Source of the DNA: an uncultured Candidatus Poseidoniales archaeon
Lineage (GTDB): Archaea; Thermoplasmatota; Poseidoniia; Poseidoniales; Thalassarchaeaceae
Assembly (NCBI GenBank): GCA_964618995.1
Contig: CAZUBQ010000002.1
Coordinates: 25,352-89,351 of the forward strand
Direction of reading: 5' to 3'
DNA length: 64,000 bases
The notes below the pieces were generated by a model. The model ran no database searches and was not told the DNA's origin. It saw only the letters and a list, made by a program, of their open reading frames with translations. Below, piece after piece: positions 47,131 to 56,699 of the stretch; the first letter of the stretch is position 1, and every line of letters starts with the position of its first letter. The translations under genes and the position numbers were made by a program.

Positions 47131-48399
47131 TTACAGCGCACGGTGTCCGATATCCCTGCGGTAATGCGAGCCCTCTAACTCGATGCCTGCGAGCAGGTCG
47201 TAGGCGGCATCGCGCGCCCCTTCGAGGCTGGAGGCGATTCCTGTGCTGGCGAGTACTCTTCCCCCTGACGCCACCAGCCGTCCCTGATTATCGTGGCCCG
47301 TACCTGCATGATGCACCAACGCGCTGCTTCCGGCGTCGACCAACACTTCAGAGGCAAGTGAGATTGGGAGTCCTGTTCGCGGAGGACCGGGGTACCCTTG
47401 GGCGGCGAGCACCACTGTCAGCGCGTGAGAATCAGAGAACTCGGGAGTCATATCAGCCACCCTTCCTTCCGCGACCGAGAGTAACAACTGGTAAAGATCG
47501 CTGGAGATGAGCGGAATCGTCACCTGCGTCTCCGGGTCGCCGAAGCGGACGTTGTACTCCACCACGTACGGGTCATCATCGTCATCGATCATCAGTCCGA
47601 CGTAGAGGCATCCGCGATACGGGGTCTCCTGTGTTGAGAGCCATGCATGCATGGGCTCCACAATCCGCTCGAACACCTTGTCGCGCACTGCATCCGTCAC
47701 CACTGGAGCGGGAGCGTAGGCACCCATCCCCCCGGTGTTCGGCCCGCTGTCGCCTTCACCCACTCGCTTGTGGTCCTGGCTGGATGGCAGGGCGACCCAA
47801 CCAGATTCATCGAGCATCACGAGCATACTCGCCTCCTCGCCCGTGAGGAACTCTTCGAGCAGCACGAACGAGTCCGCGGCTATGGCTGATGAAATCGCCT
47901 CGCGGGCGACGTCACGCTCATCAGTCACAGTCACCCCTTTCCCGCCGGCGAGAACATCCCGCTTCACAACCCACGGAGATTGGAAACTGTCCAGAGCGTC
48001 TTCTATCTGGCCGGCATCGTCGATGACCACCACGCCCCCTGTGGGTACTCCATTCAGCTGCATCACCTGTTTGGCGTGCAACTTGCTCCCCTCGAGTTCT
48101 GCACCGGCGGAGTGGGGACCGAAGCAAGGGATGTCCTTCGTTCTCAACAGATCGGCAAGGCCGGCGACCAGAGGGCCTTCGGGGCCGACCACGACAAGGT
48201 CGCAGTCGAGTTCCACGGCCAACTCTACCAGCCCCTCGACATCGCTGTCCAGAAGCGCATGGTTGCTCGCCATGGAGGCGGTGCCAGCGTTGCCCGGAGC
48301 GACGTGCACCTCAGCCACCGATGGTGATGCGGCTAGACCGATGGCGAGCGCATGCTCACGCCCCCCCCCTCCTACGACGAGGACCGTTGCGGCAGGCAT
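47131..48399 (-). CDS. purD: phosphoribosylamine--glycine ligase (GAR synthetase)
   Basis: MPAATVLVVGGGGREHALA... with ATP-grasp fold motifs. Full length, 422 aa. Confidence 0.9.
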   Translation of the reverse strand: MPAATVLVVGGGGREHALAIGLAASPSVAEVHVAPGNAGTASMASNHALLDSDVEGLVELAVELDCDLVVVGPEGPLVAGLADLLRTKDIPCFGPHSAGAELEGSKLHAKQVMQLNGVPTGGVVVIDDAGQIEDALDSFQSPWVVKRDVLAGGKGVTVTDERDVAREAISSAIAADSFVLLEEFLTGEEASMLVMLDESGWVALPSSQDHKRVGEGDSGPNTGGMGAYAPAPVVTDAVRDKVFERIVEPMHAWLSTQETPYRGCLYVGLMIDDDDDPYVVEYNVRFGDPETQVTIPLISSDLYQLLLSVAEGRVADMTPEFSDSHALTVVLAAQGYPGPPRTGLPISLASEVLVDAGSSALVHHAGTGHDNQGRLVASGGRVLASTGIASSLEGARDAAYDLLAGIELEGSHYRRDIGHRAL

Positions 48400-48442
48400 T
48401 ATGCGGTATCGGAACCCAAGAGGTCATAGGGTTTCCCAAGCA

Positions 48443-49144
48443 TCAATATGGAACTGACTTGAGTCCCAACCTGTATCCTAGGATATTGAATGCGCGATGG
48501 ATCAGAGGGGTCGCTATCAGCAATATCCCCATGCCCATCAGCAATTCTGAACTGCTGACTATTGATGGAGCGAGACATACCTGTCCGAACAGAAAGGCGA
48601 AGATTGCAAACGGCAATGTGTCCAGCAACGGGGCCTGGCTCGAAACATCGCCTTCGCGCTTCAACCCGCGCCGCCGCTTGGCGAACGACCCGACCGAGTC
48701 GCCGACCATGCACCCGAACCCTAGAACACATCCAAGAATGAATGCAGCTCCGAGATCGCCGCCGATCCAGAACCACGCCTCCTCCACAGATACACTGGAA
48801 GTTCCGTAAGTCGCCAACGGATCAAGGAACGGGGCTGAGCTGATTTGGTTGCCAACGGCGATACTGTGGGTAAGCATTCCCAGAAGACCACCCCCCACTG
48901 TTCCCCCGATGAATCCGTTCCACGTCTTGCCGTCCCCCAGTATCCGGTTTCCATCGGACAGCACCTTCCCACCATCCATCGGAATAACCCGCATCCCTGT
49001 AAATTCAGGAATCCACTTCCCGCCGAACATCGCCGCAGTGTTCGACAGATATCCCGGCAGGTAAAGCCACAGAACCAGCAGGGGGGCGAGGACGAAATTG
49101 TCCCATGGAAGAACGGAGGACGACATCAACCGGGGCACCCCCAC
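48443..49144 (-). CDS. carS: CDP-archaeol synthase (CDP-2,3-bis-O-geranylgeranyl-sn-glycerol synthase)
   Basis: LAPLLVLWLYLPGYLSNTAAMFGGKW matches the CarS N-terminus (…LWLLLPAYVANASAVLFGG…). The DGGK...DGKTWNGFIGGTVGG motifs also fit. Alternative ATG start at 49126. Confidence 0.7.
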   Translation of the reverse strand: MGVPRLMSSSVLPWDNFVLAPLLVLWLYLPGYLSNTAAMFGGKWIPEFTGMRVIPMDGGKVLSDGNRILGDGKTWNGFIGGTVGGGLLGMLTHSIAVGNQISSAPFLDPLATYGTSSVSVEEAWFWIGGDLGAAFILGCVLGFGCMVGDSVGSFAKRRRGLKREGDVSSQAPLLDTLPFAIFAFLFGQVCLAPSIVSSSELLMGMGILLIATPLIHRAFNILGYRLGLKSVPY

Positions 49145-49211
49145 GAGGCGATTGAACCTTCGTACAGCGTGCGGCGGCGAATTGATGGTGCGAGTCTATA
49201 TCGGAGGGGCA

Positions 49212-50933
49212 ATGAACCCGAAGACCAGCCCCCTGATCATCTGCCTGCTGATGCTCTCAATGCTCTGTTTACCCGCCCCTCCAGCGGAGGCGACCGGACC
49301 GCCCGGCGGAAGCGATGCGATCAACATCACCGAAGACACGACATGGGACGAAGCCGGCAGCATCGACCAGCAACTGACCATCTCCGCCGGCGCGACACTC
49401 ACCATCTCCAGCGACATCCAGGTCGGACCAGCCACGAACATCGTGGTCTCAGGTACGCTCGACCTCGACGGCGGCTCACTCGTAGCTACCGACCCACCCT
49501 CCGACCTGCAGTGGTGGAACGCGGGAGAAGCCTCCACCCTATGGCTGCCGACGGATGAGGTCAGCGGCAGCGGCGCGATCATCATCATCAGCGCTGCGGG
49601 TTACAACCTGTCTGGTTTCACGGTGGCATGGGGGGACGGAGCCTCCGAGCAGATGGACGGAGAGCAGCACGAGATTACCCTCAACTCGTTCCCGAACGAC
49701 GGAGACTGGCTCACATTCGAGATGGAGATCGGCAGTTGGGGTGAACTGGTGCTGGACAGGATCGAGATCAGGACCGCTTCCACCATCCCGTTCGAAGCGG
49801 CGGATCTCGACGGGTCGGGTTGGGTGCTGCGTGGTGATTTCGGATTCTCTCTCGGCGTCGCCGACGGGGGGTCCCTAAGCGCCACCGATGCGGAGATCAT
49901 GGGGGCTGATGTCCTGATCAGTGGCACCGCAGTGGGACAGAATAGTTGGTTCAAGCGCTCGGGACCAGTGAATGTGATGGGTGCACAGTCCTCTCTGACT
50001 TGGAACGGAGGGGGTTTCGACAGCACACTCGATGACCATGACGTGCGCGCGGACGGTGTGGCCGCGCTCTCCTTCACAGGCGTGACCGACAGTGGAGGAT
50101 TCGTCGACCTGTGGGAGAGACAGATTCCAGCACAGGTTCTCCATTTCCCTGGAAGTGGGGCTCAATTCACTTTGAATGGGGTCGGACCGAATGCACGTAC
50201 CATCCCCGGCATCAGCACGGCGGAGGGCATATCCAACGTACCCGGAGATGATGGCCCGACCACTCGTGTCGTGGAGATAGGTCAGTCCGACGGCACGGTC
50301 TGGACCGAGAGCGCCACGATTGACAGCATCTCCTGGTTCACCGCATGGGGGACGTACACGAGTGATGGGATTCCACTGACTCACTCATCCGACGTGGTAG
50401 TCGATTTCCCGCTGCCATCGGTATCCATCTCGCAGGTGGAGATCGAGGATGCAGCACCCACAATCGGAAGGAGGGCATCGGTCACAGTCACACTGGAGAA
50501 TACTGGTGAGGTCCCAGCCAACGTTCCCATCGAGTGCTATGATGGAGCCGAGCGAGCGGACATCTCCCCTACATACCCGAGCGCCACGGTCGGTGCTGAC
50601 TCGGAGGCGGATATCGACCTGAAATGGGGCCATACAGGAACTGGTAATTCCACCCTGACCTGCTCTCCGATGTTGCCCACGCAACTCACCCGCGACGGTG
50701 CCTTCGGTGGCGGCTCAGGTGATTCGACCGTGGTCGTTTGGGAGGTGCAGCAGGAAACGGGGATGGACCCGATTGTGATCGCACTGATCGTCGCACTCGT
50801 TGTAGGAGTACTGCTCGTTGCCGGGTTCGCCAGCATGCAGGCTCGCGAGAGCATGGTGAAGGCCGAGGAACCTGATGACATCGAACTCGTCGAACTCGAC
50901 GATGAGCTGGAAGAACTCGATGACGACGACTGA
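49212..50933 (+). CDS. surface protein: Sec signal, ~540-aa Gly/Ser/Thr/Asp-rich ectodomain, one C-terminal TM and a poly-acidic tail (track start 49098; ATG candidates at 49185 and 49212)
   Basis: Signal MNPKTSPLIICLLMLSMLCLPAPPAEA. TM IVIALIVALVVGVLLVAGFA. Tail EPDDIELVELDDELEELDDDD. Confidence 0.55.
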   Translation: MNPKTSPLIICLLMLSMLCLPAPPAEATGPPGGSDAINITEDTTWDEAGSIDQQLTISAGATLTISSDIQVGPATNIVVSGTLDLDGGSLVATDPPSDLQWWNAGEASTLWLPTDEVSGSGAIIIISAAGYNLSGFTVAWGDGASEQMDGEQHEITLNSFPNDGDWLTFEMEIGSWGELVLDRIEIRTASTIPFEAADLDGSGWVLRGDFGFSLGVADGGSLSATDAEIMGADVLISGTAVGQNSWFKRSGPVNVMGAQSSLTWNGGGFDSTLDDHDVRADGVAALSFTGVTDSGGFVDLWERQIPAQVLHFPGSGAQFTLNGVGPNARTIPGISTAEGISNVPGDDGPTTRVVEIGQSDGTVWTESATIDSISWFTAWGTYTSDGIPLTHSSDVVVDFPLPSVSISQVEIEDAAPTIGRRASVTVTLENTGEVPANVPIECYDGAERADISPTYPSATVGADSEADIDLKWGHTGTGNSTLTCSPMLPTQLTRDGAFGGGSGDSTVVVWEVQQETGMDPIVIALIVALVVGVLLVAGFASMQARESMVKAEEPDDIELVELDDELEELDDDD

Positions 50934-52097
50934 TTAGCAAGCCTCAGTCGGCTTGTAGGGCTCACCTGTTTGAGGGCCTTCGCCATCGGGGTCCGATGTG
51001 TCACGCTCCTCGTTGTAGTCCCATGAAAACTGGTACCCTTGACTGGCTGTGCCACTGAACACTTCTCCGAATGGAGTATCATGGGTTACCGTGATCTCGA
51101 TGGTGTAGCACCCATCACCATCGTAGAAGTCGGCTCGTGGGATGTAGTTCTGCATCACACCGAAGCCATCCAACTTCTCGCCATCACCGTCGAGATCGAG
51201 CCATGCGCTCTCGACCAGACCACCACCCCCAGTCCAAGTGGCGGTTGAGCCATCAACTGTGACGGTTGGGAAAACGAAGACTTCTGAACCTTCGAAGTCG
51301 ATCGTCGCTTCGATGGTGTAGTCCGAGTTGACGTGGAGCATCATGCCGGTTGTGTTGCTGGTCACCGGGTCCTCCACGCCCGCGCCTACGCGCAGCGACG
51401 CGCCGAGGTGATCGAGGCCGTTCTTCGGGCACTCACCTGTTTCCTCATCACAGGTGGTTGCTTCCGTCAGAGTGGAAAGTTCTCCGTCGACCGCGGTGAT
51501 GGTGCGATCCATGATTTCCGGAGATATCGGGTAAGCGCTGGCAACCGAGCCGCCCTGCGTCACCTCGATTGTATAGTCGATATCGGTCAGATCGCTGGCG
51601 GCCGCACGGGAATTGCCTTGGTAGAAATCGCTGAACGGAATCTCGTACCATGACAGTTTGTTCTTCGGCGTGAACGAACCGTTGTACGCCACGACCTCTC
51701 CATATGTGATTCTCACCTCTAGTGGGTCGTCAGGCGTACCCCCAAGCATCGGTGTGCCGATGAACATCTGCACTCGCAGCACATCGTCCGACTCATCGAC
51801 CTCGACGGCGGACACTGAGATCGAGTACTCCCCCAAACTGAACCCCATAGCCATCTGGGCGGCGATGAACACAATCAGCAGAACAACGAGGCCTGCAGCG
51901 ATGCCTTTCTTGGCATTCGATGAGAGAAAGGACGATTCTTGACCAGTACTCCTTGACGAATCCGCGCGAGCCAGCAGTCCACCCGAATCGACGACTTGTG
52001 TCGCTTCCTCGACATCAGCGTCATCGTTTACGTCGGGAGCGACTACATCCTCGTCATCTTGGATGTCCTTTGCCTTCTCGAGCAATCCCCCAGACAC
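50934..52097 (-). CDS. type II membrane protein: acidic N-terminal cytoplasmic region, a signal-anchor and a ~280-aa ectodomain
   Basis: DDEDVVAPDVNDDADVEE N-terminal region. TM GLVVLLIVFIAAQMAMGF. Beta-rich Thr/Gly ectodomain. Confidence 0.5.
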   Translation of the reverse strand: MSGGLLEKAKDIQDDEDVVAPDVNDDADVEEATQVVDSGGLLARADSSRSTGQESSFLSSNAKKGIAAGLVVLLIVFIAAQMAMGFSLGEYSISVSAVEVDESDDVLRVQMFIGTPMLGGTPDDPLEVRITYGEVVAYNGSFTPKNKLSWYEIPFSDFYQGNSRAAASDLTDIDYTIEVTQGGSVASAYPISPEIMDRTITAVDGELSTLTEATTCDEETGECPKNGLDHLGASLRVGAGVEDPVTSNTTGMMLHVNSDYTIEATIDFEGSEVFVFPTVTVDGSTATWTGGGGLVESAWLDLDGDGEKLDGFGVMQNYIPRADFYDGDGCYTIEITVTHDTPFGEVFSGTASQGYQFSWDYNEERDTSDPDGEGPQTGEPYKPTEAC

Positions 52098-52203
52098 AGT
52101 CCCACCTCAGTCAATATGTAATGCCACTCAACAGGTTATCAACCCGTTGGCGAACAGCATTAGCCTCGCACAGCAGTTCTCGATGGGCGCGAGAGAAGAC
52201 TCG

Positions 52204-53151
52204 TCACAGTAACGGTTCGGGCGGTTCCGCCCCAATGAACTCAGTATAATCCTCTTCCACACGGCGACGATGGAGGACAGCAGCACCCAAGGCGAGCATC
52301 GTCATCCCTGGAATGACCTCGAATCCAGGAAGGTAGACACCGCGCACGTAGAGCGTCACCATCTGCGTCTGGTAGTTGGCCACACCTTCTGTGCGTACCG
52401 AGAACTCACTGGTCGCCTTGAACTGCAACTGGTAGTAGTGGTCCGACCAGCCCTGCTTCTTCGGGGTGCGGATCATCACGCGCATCTTGTCCGGAGGGGC
52501 CTGAGGCTCAATCTCGGTGCTGATTGCAGGAAGTGTGATCTGGAAGTCGGCGTCCTCGAGGACGTCGCGGTTGGCAATCTCGATGTTGAAGCGGTCGTAG
52601 GCGTTACCGTCGTTGTAGACCTTGAACTCGAAGATGTAGTCGACCTTCGGCCTGAGTTGCTTGAATGGTTCCTCGGCCTCGACACGCAGTCGGCTGTACT
52701 GCATGATGGTCACGAGCGCGTTCACGGTGTTCGAAGTGCAGGACGGGCAGGCGACGCCGTTAGCGGTGTCCACGGTCGCTGAGACGGTCACGGTACGGCT
52801 TCCTTCCGCCATTCGGTCATCTCCGCGAACGACCACCTCGAACACGGCGTCGTCATATGCTCCGACGATCACCGAACCGGGTGCGGCGAACGAAAGTCCA
52901 CCTGCTGTGACTTGGATACGCACCTTCTCGGTGTACTGTGTCGGGTTGGTAGCGGTACAGAAGGTGGTGCCGACTCGCGTGGCTCCGGGGTAGACATCAA
53001 CAGGAATCGAGGCTGGCGAGCAAGCTACGTTGATCTCTGGGTTCGGGGAAATCCCCTGAGCCGAGACTGAGCCAGCAGCACCAGCCCACAAGCCCAGGAC
53101 ATACACAAGCATGAGGAGGGACATCCTCCGAACAGCACTTCGATTCATCAT
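52204..53151 (-). CDS. secreted Cys-containing surface protein with a C-terminal TM (paralog A of a tandem pair)
   Basis: Signal LLMLVYVLGLWAGAAGSVSAQG. Conserved C...P...V.V.PG...GTT.CT.TN...Y.E.V.I.V. C-terminal IPGMTMLALGAAVLHRRR plus a short tail. Confidence 0.55.
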   Translation of the reverse strand: MMNRSAVRRMSLLMLVYVLGLWAGAAGSVSAQGISPNPEINVACSPASIPVDVYPGATRVGTTFCTATNPTQYTEKVRIQVTAGGLSFAAPGSVIVGAYDDAVFEVVVRGDDRMAEGSRTVTVSATVDTANGVACPSCTSNTVNALVTIMQYSRLRVEAEEPFKQLRPKVDYIFEFKVYNDGNAYDRFNIEIANRDVLEDADFQITLPAISTEIEPQAPPDKMRVMIRTPKKQGWSDHYYQLQFKATSEFSVRTEGVANYQTQMVTLYVRGVYLPGFEVIPGMTMLALGAAVLHRRRVEEDYTEFIGAEPPEPLL

Positions 53152-53259
53152 CTGTCACCTATGGTGAACGGTCGCCGAAAGACTCCTATAAGGATTCGGG
53201 GACAATGCCCGGCTTCGACGTGCTACGCACGTGTTTCCGCCATATACGAGGGCGTCGGT

Positions 53260-54300
53260 CTAGAAATCGTCTAAGTCGAGGTCATCGAGATCCAGGTCAT
53301 CATATTCATCGTCATCGAAATCGAGATCGTCGTCGTCGAAATCGAAGTCATCGGCCGCCAGGGAGCGCCGGTTGGATACCAGTTTGACCACGACGACGAT
53401 TGCACCCACGACAGCCAACAGCAGGAGAATGCCAGCCACTGAGACAGCCCACGTTGGCACACCCGCCACCGAAAGAATGAGTTCCTGCTTGGCGACGGTC
53501 TCCAGCCGGAACACATCGTTGATCGTCCACGAGTTTCCTTCATCCACGCTGTGTTGGCTGGTTGCGGTGATCTCGACCTCGAAGATGCCGTCACCCACGT
53601 CATCCGTGGTCGTCACGGTCAGCGTTACATCGGCAGTGGCATCCGCCTCCAATTCAAACGATGAAGAACTGAAGGAGAACTGTACTCCGAACTGTTCCAA
53701 ACCACTCCTATTCACGATATCAAGGTTGATGGTGTCCTTGTCGTTACCCTCGTTCTGCACCTTGAACACTATCTCTCCAGACTGACCCGCGTCGAGCAGT
53801 AACTCCTGCGGATTTATGACCAGCCCCGGCCTTCCGAATTGCTGTATGGCCACAGTTACTCGGAAAGTCTCCTCGGTACAGGTCGGACATGCAATCCCAC
53901 CAGTGATCGTTTGGACGATGGCGTTGATGTCCGATTGGATGTTATTCGCGGGGTCCCCCAACTCAGCGCGATAGACCACCTGGAAGGTCGCGTCACCATT
54001 GGGTGGAACATCGACTTGCTCTGGAGCGGCATACACCAAATCGACCACATCGACTGTGATGTTCACCTCTTCTTGGTAGATGGAGTCGTTTGTCAGGGTA
54101 CACGTTGTGGTTCCCGTGGCAGGGCTGCCTGGAGCCACCTCGACGGATACCTCAACTGGAGTGCACTCTATTTCCACGCCAGGCGAGAGTTGTTGAGCCT
54201 GTGCAGCCGGGATGGTCCCCAAGAGCAAGAGCAGAGAAAGCAAGGTGAACACCCATGTGTGCTCACGCCGAGGAACTGTTGCAATGCTTGACTGCACCAC
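53260..54300 (-). CDS. secreted Cys-containing surface protein with a C-terminal TM and an extreme poly-Asp tail (paralog B)
   Basis: Same N-terminal module as paralog A (ECTPVEVSVEVAPGSPATGTTTCTLTNDSIYQEEVNITV). TM, then a DDFDFDDDDLDFDDDEYDDLDLDDLDLDDF tail. Confidence 0.55.
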   Translation of the reverse strand: MVQSSIATVPRREHTWVFTLLSLLLLLGTIPAAQAQQLSPGVEIECTPVEVSVEVAPGSPATGTTTCTLTNDSIYQEEVNITVDVVDLVYAAPEQVDVPPNGDATFQVVYRAELGDPANNIQSDINAIVQTITGGIACPTCTEETFRVTVAIQQFGRPGLVINPQELLLDAGQSGEIVFKVQNEGNDKDTINLDIVNRSGLEQFGVQFSFSSSSFELEADATADVTLTVTTTDDVGDGIFEVEITATSQHSVDEGNSWTINDVFRLETVAKQELILSVAGVPTWAVSVAGILLLLAVVGAIVVVVKLVSNRRSLAADDFDFDDDDLDFDDDEYDDLDLDDLDLDDF

Positions 54301-54393
54301 GTTTTCCTGCCCATCCGTGGTTTATCAGCGTATGTGGACGAGGTGCCTGTGCCCGCCCAATCTTCATGTGCGGGGGCCGAGAGCGGCAGGGGA

Positions 54394-54468
54394 GGGCCCG
54401 TAGCTTAGTCTGGTTAGAGCGCCCGGCTCATAACCGGGTGATCATCGGTTCAAATCCGGTCGGGCCCA
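54394..54468 (+). tRNA. tRNA-Met (anticodon CAU); elongator type (G1:C72). It could alternatively be the agmatidine-modified tRNA-Ile2.
   Basis: Hand-folded cloverleaf with a 7-bp acceptor stem GGGCCCG/CGGGCCC, D arm GCTT/GAGC, anticodon stem CCCGG/CCGGG with loop CTCATAA, T arm ATCGG-TTCAAAT-CCGGT, and discriminator A. Confidence 0.85.
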
Positions 54469-54470
54469 CA

Positions 54471-55775
54471 TCACTGCTCGATCAGTTGCGCCGCGAGTTG
54501 CTCCGCTTCGGCACGAATTGATTCGGGAACGAAGTACATCGTGCTGCTGAATTCTCCGGAGATGGACTTGATCATAGCCGATGATACGAGAATATCGCTG
54601 CCGTCTTCGAGTTGTATTCCGCCGACATACGGCAGGTATCCTTCCTTGCGCATCCGTGCGTGGATGAGGTCGTGCTGCGCATCGAATCCTGCTTCTGAAA
54701 CTAACACGGACAGCGGGTCGAGCAACTTCTCCGCCTGCTCAGGGGTGTGTTCGGGAAGTCGCACCCGCTTGTGGAATCCATCGCGGCTGGCCAGACGAGT
54801 TGCATATCCTGACAGAACTGGATCTGCGAGGTCAGCCCAAGCGAACACGTCTGAGATAACGAACGCATCCGTCAGTTGGGAATAGCGCAATGGCGTGAGT
54901 TCGCGGTTCGACAGCATGTCGCGCATTCTCAAGGACAGCGGAAGGCCCTCATGTTCGTGCAGGTGCCGCGCCCGCGCTAGGGAGCGCACGTAGTACGCTT
55001 GGGTCAGCAGATTCAGTTTGTGGAAGTAAACGAGTTGGTACATGTGCCAACGAGTGACGAGGTAGCCTTCGACCACACCTACCCTGTCCTGCCTCACGAC
55101 CAAACGCCCATCATCCGAGATGCGCAGTGAGCGCAGGATTCGGTCCAGGTCGATGCTGCCCACATCCGCTCCGGTCACGAACTGGTCGCGCTTCAGGTAG
55201 TCGAGTCGATCGACATCTAACTGGCTGGAGATGATCTCGGAGAGGAAGCGGGGCTCGACGCTGCCCCCCATGATGGCGATCAGGCGGTCCACTGAATCGC
55301 CCAGCAATTCCGTCAGAACTCCTGACAAGTCGCACTCATCGTCCTGCATCAACAGGCGACCCCATTCCTCGTGCCCGCGGAAAGTGGCGAAAACCTCGGG
55401 TGTCTCGAACATGTGCGAGAAGGGGGGGTGCCCGACATCGTGCAGCAGGGCCGCGATCGGGACCAGTCGTGCATCCTCGTCAGAGATTGCATCAGGGTAC
55501 AGTTCGCGCAGACGTCCAATCAGCCGAGTCGCCAGATGATGCGCACCCAACGAATGTGAGAACCGGGTGTGGGTAGCCGAAGGGAATGCGTAGTGACTGG
55601 TGGCGAGCTGTTGGATGTAGCGCAGCCGCTGAAAGGTGCGCGTGTCGATGATGCGGCGGACTTCTTCGCTAATCTCGATGTCACCGTGCAGCGCGTCGCG
55701 GATGATGCGCCCGTCACCCATCACAGTGTCTCCAGCGTGTGCCGGGACCGGCGCGCTCGCTTCAATCCACCGCAT
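54471..55775 (-). CDS. HD-domain phosphohydrolase (dGTPase/SAMHD1-like dNTP triphosphohydrolase family); probable start at 55721 (MGDGRII)
   Basis: …RFSHSLGAHHLA… and LLHDVGHPPFSHMFE are HD motifs. ~415 aa, typical for archaeal dNTPase-like HD proteins. Confidence 0.75.
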   Translation of the reverse strand: MRWIEASAPVPAHAGDTVMGDGRIIRDALHGDIEISEEVRRIIDTRTFQRLRYIQQLATSHYAFPSATHTRFSHSLGAHHLATRLIGRLRELYPDAISDEDARLVPIAALLHDVGHPPFSHMFETPEVFATFRGHEEWGRLLMQDDECDLSGVLTELLGDSVDRLIAIMGGSVEPRFLSEIISSQLDVDRLDYLKRDQFVTGADVGSIDLDRILRSLRISDDGRLVVRQDRVGVVEGYLVTRWHMYQLVYFHKLNLLTQAYYVRSLARARHLHEHEGLPLSLRMRDMLSNRELTPLRYSQLTDAFVISDVFAWADLADPVLSGYATRLASRDGFHKRVRLPEHTPEQAEKLLDPLSVLVSEAGFDAQHDLIHARMRKEGYLPYVGGIQLEDGSDILVSSAMIKSISGEFSSTMYFVPESIRAEAEQLAAQLIEQ

Positions 55776-55813
55776 TCGCCAGACGTGAGGTCTCTGCGGG
55801 AAGATTCAGTGCT

Positions 55814-56668
55814 CTAGTCGGCCTCAATCCCCGCTCGCTGTCGCAGCCACAGCCAGGTGGGGAGATTCACGGCAGCCACCGCCAGCAACCACCCCGCGAC
55901 ACACGCGCCCGCGAGGGTGAGCATGTTCGAGGACATCGGATAGAAGGCTGCGATCAACAGTGCGTACACCGAGACGGACATGGCGCCGAGCATCATCGGA
56001 CCGATTGCTCCAGTGGGAACTGCTTCACCTTGTGAAATCCATAGTGCCACCATGCTGGTGGTGAATATCGCCGGGAAGATGCTCATCAGTCCGCTCGCCA
56101 GCGTGTCCCCCGACCCGGCGAGATGGACAGCGATTCCGATTGCCAGAGAAGCAGCCAGCCCCCGCGCCACCAAGGTACCCGGCCCCACCGGATTATCTCC
56201 GGGAGGTGCAGGAACGTGCTTCCAGCAGGTGGCCACGCCGATGCTGACTCCCAGCGCCAGCGCCAGCCAACCGATGAGCAGTGAAGAGGTGCCTCGCCCG
56301 AGCAGGAAGTCCACGCCGAGCATCGCGAGCGCCGCGCAGGCCAACCAAACAGCGAGGGTGATGAAGGTGATGGCGACCAGTCGAGTGCCCAATCCCCAGC
56401 CGGGAAGCATGTCTGGAACGATGCGCCACAACCAGAGGAAGCCGGCATTCAGCAGCAACCCGACCGGAACGATGCCCATCGCACGTTGGAACTGCTCGAC
56501 ATCGCCGGCGGTGGCTACCCATATCCCCAATCCCGCAGGAACCAATGTCGAAGGCACGGTTCCCAGAACACCGCCATGAATCCCACCCCAACGCTCGATG
56601 GCAAGGGTGACCAGCACGGCCACAATTCCAGCGAACAACGCAGAGAGTAGCAGTGAGGTGCTCGGCAT
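55814..56668 (-). CDS. hypothetical polytopic membrane protein (8-10 TM; start MPSTSLL at 56668; the track extends to 56800)
   Basis: Continuous hydrophobic helices rich in Gly/Ala/Leu. The longer track start would overlap the neighbouring protease gene. Confidence 0.5.
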   Translation of the reverse strand: MPSTSLLLSALFAGIVAVLVTLAIERWGGIHGGVLGTVPSTLVPAGLGIWVATAGDVEQFQRAMGIVPVGLLLNAGFLWLWRIVPDMLPGWGLGTRLVAITFITLAVWLACAALAMLGVDFLLGRGTSSLLIGWLALALGVSIGVATCWKHVPAPPGDNPVGPGTLVARGLAASLAIGIAVHLAGSGDTLASGLMSIFPAIFTTSMVALWISQGEAVPTGAIGPMMLGAMSVSVYALLIAAFYPMSSNMLTLAGACVAGWLLAVAAVNLPTWLWLRQRAGIEAD

Positions 56669-56699
56669 GTTGACACCTCGCACGAACAGAAGACCTCGC

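Noticed and set aside
54394-54468. tRNA-Met as an integration site for a mobile element carrying the paralog pair
   Set aside because: No integrase, no repeated tRNA 3' segment and no compositional discontinuity were seen in the window.
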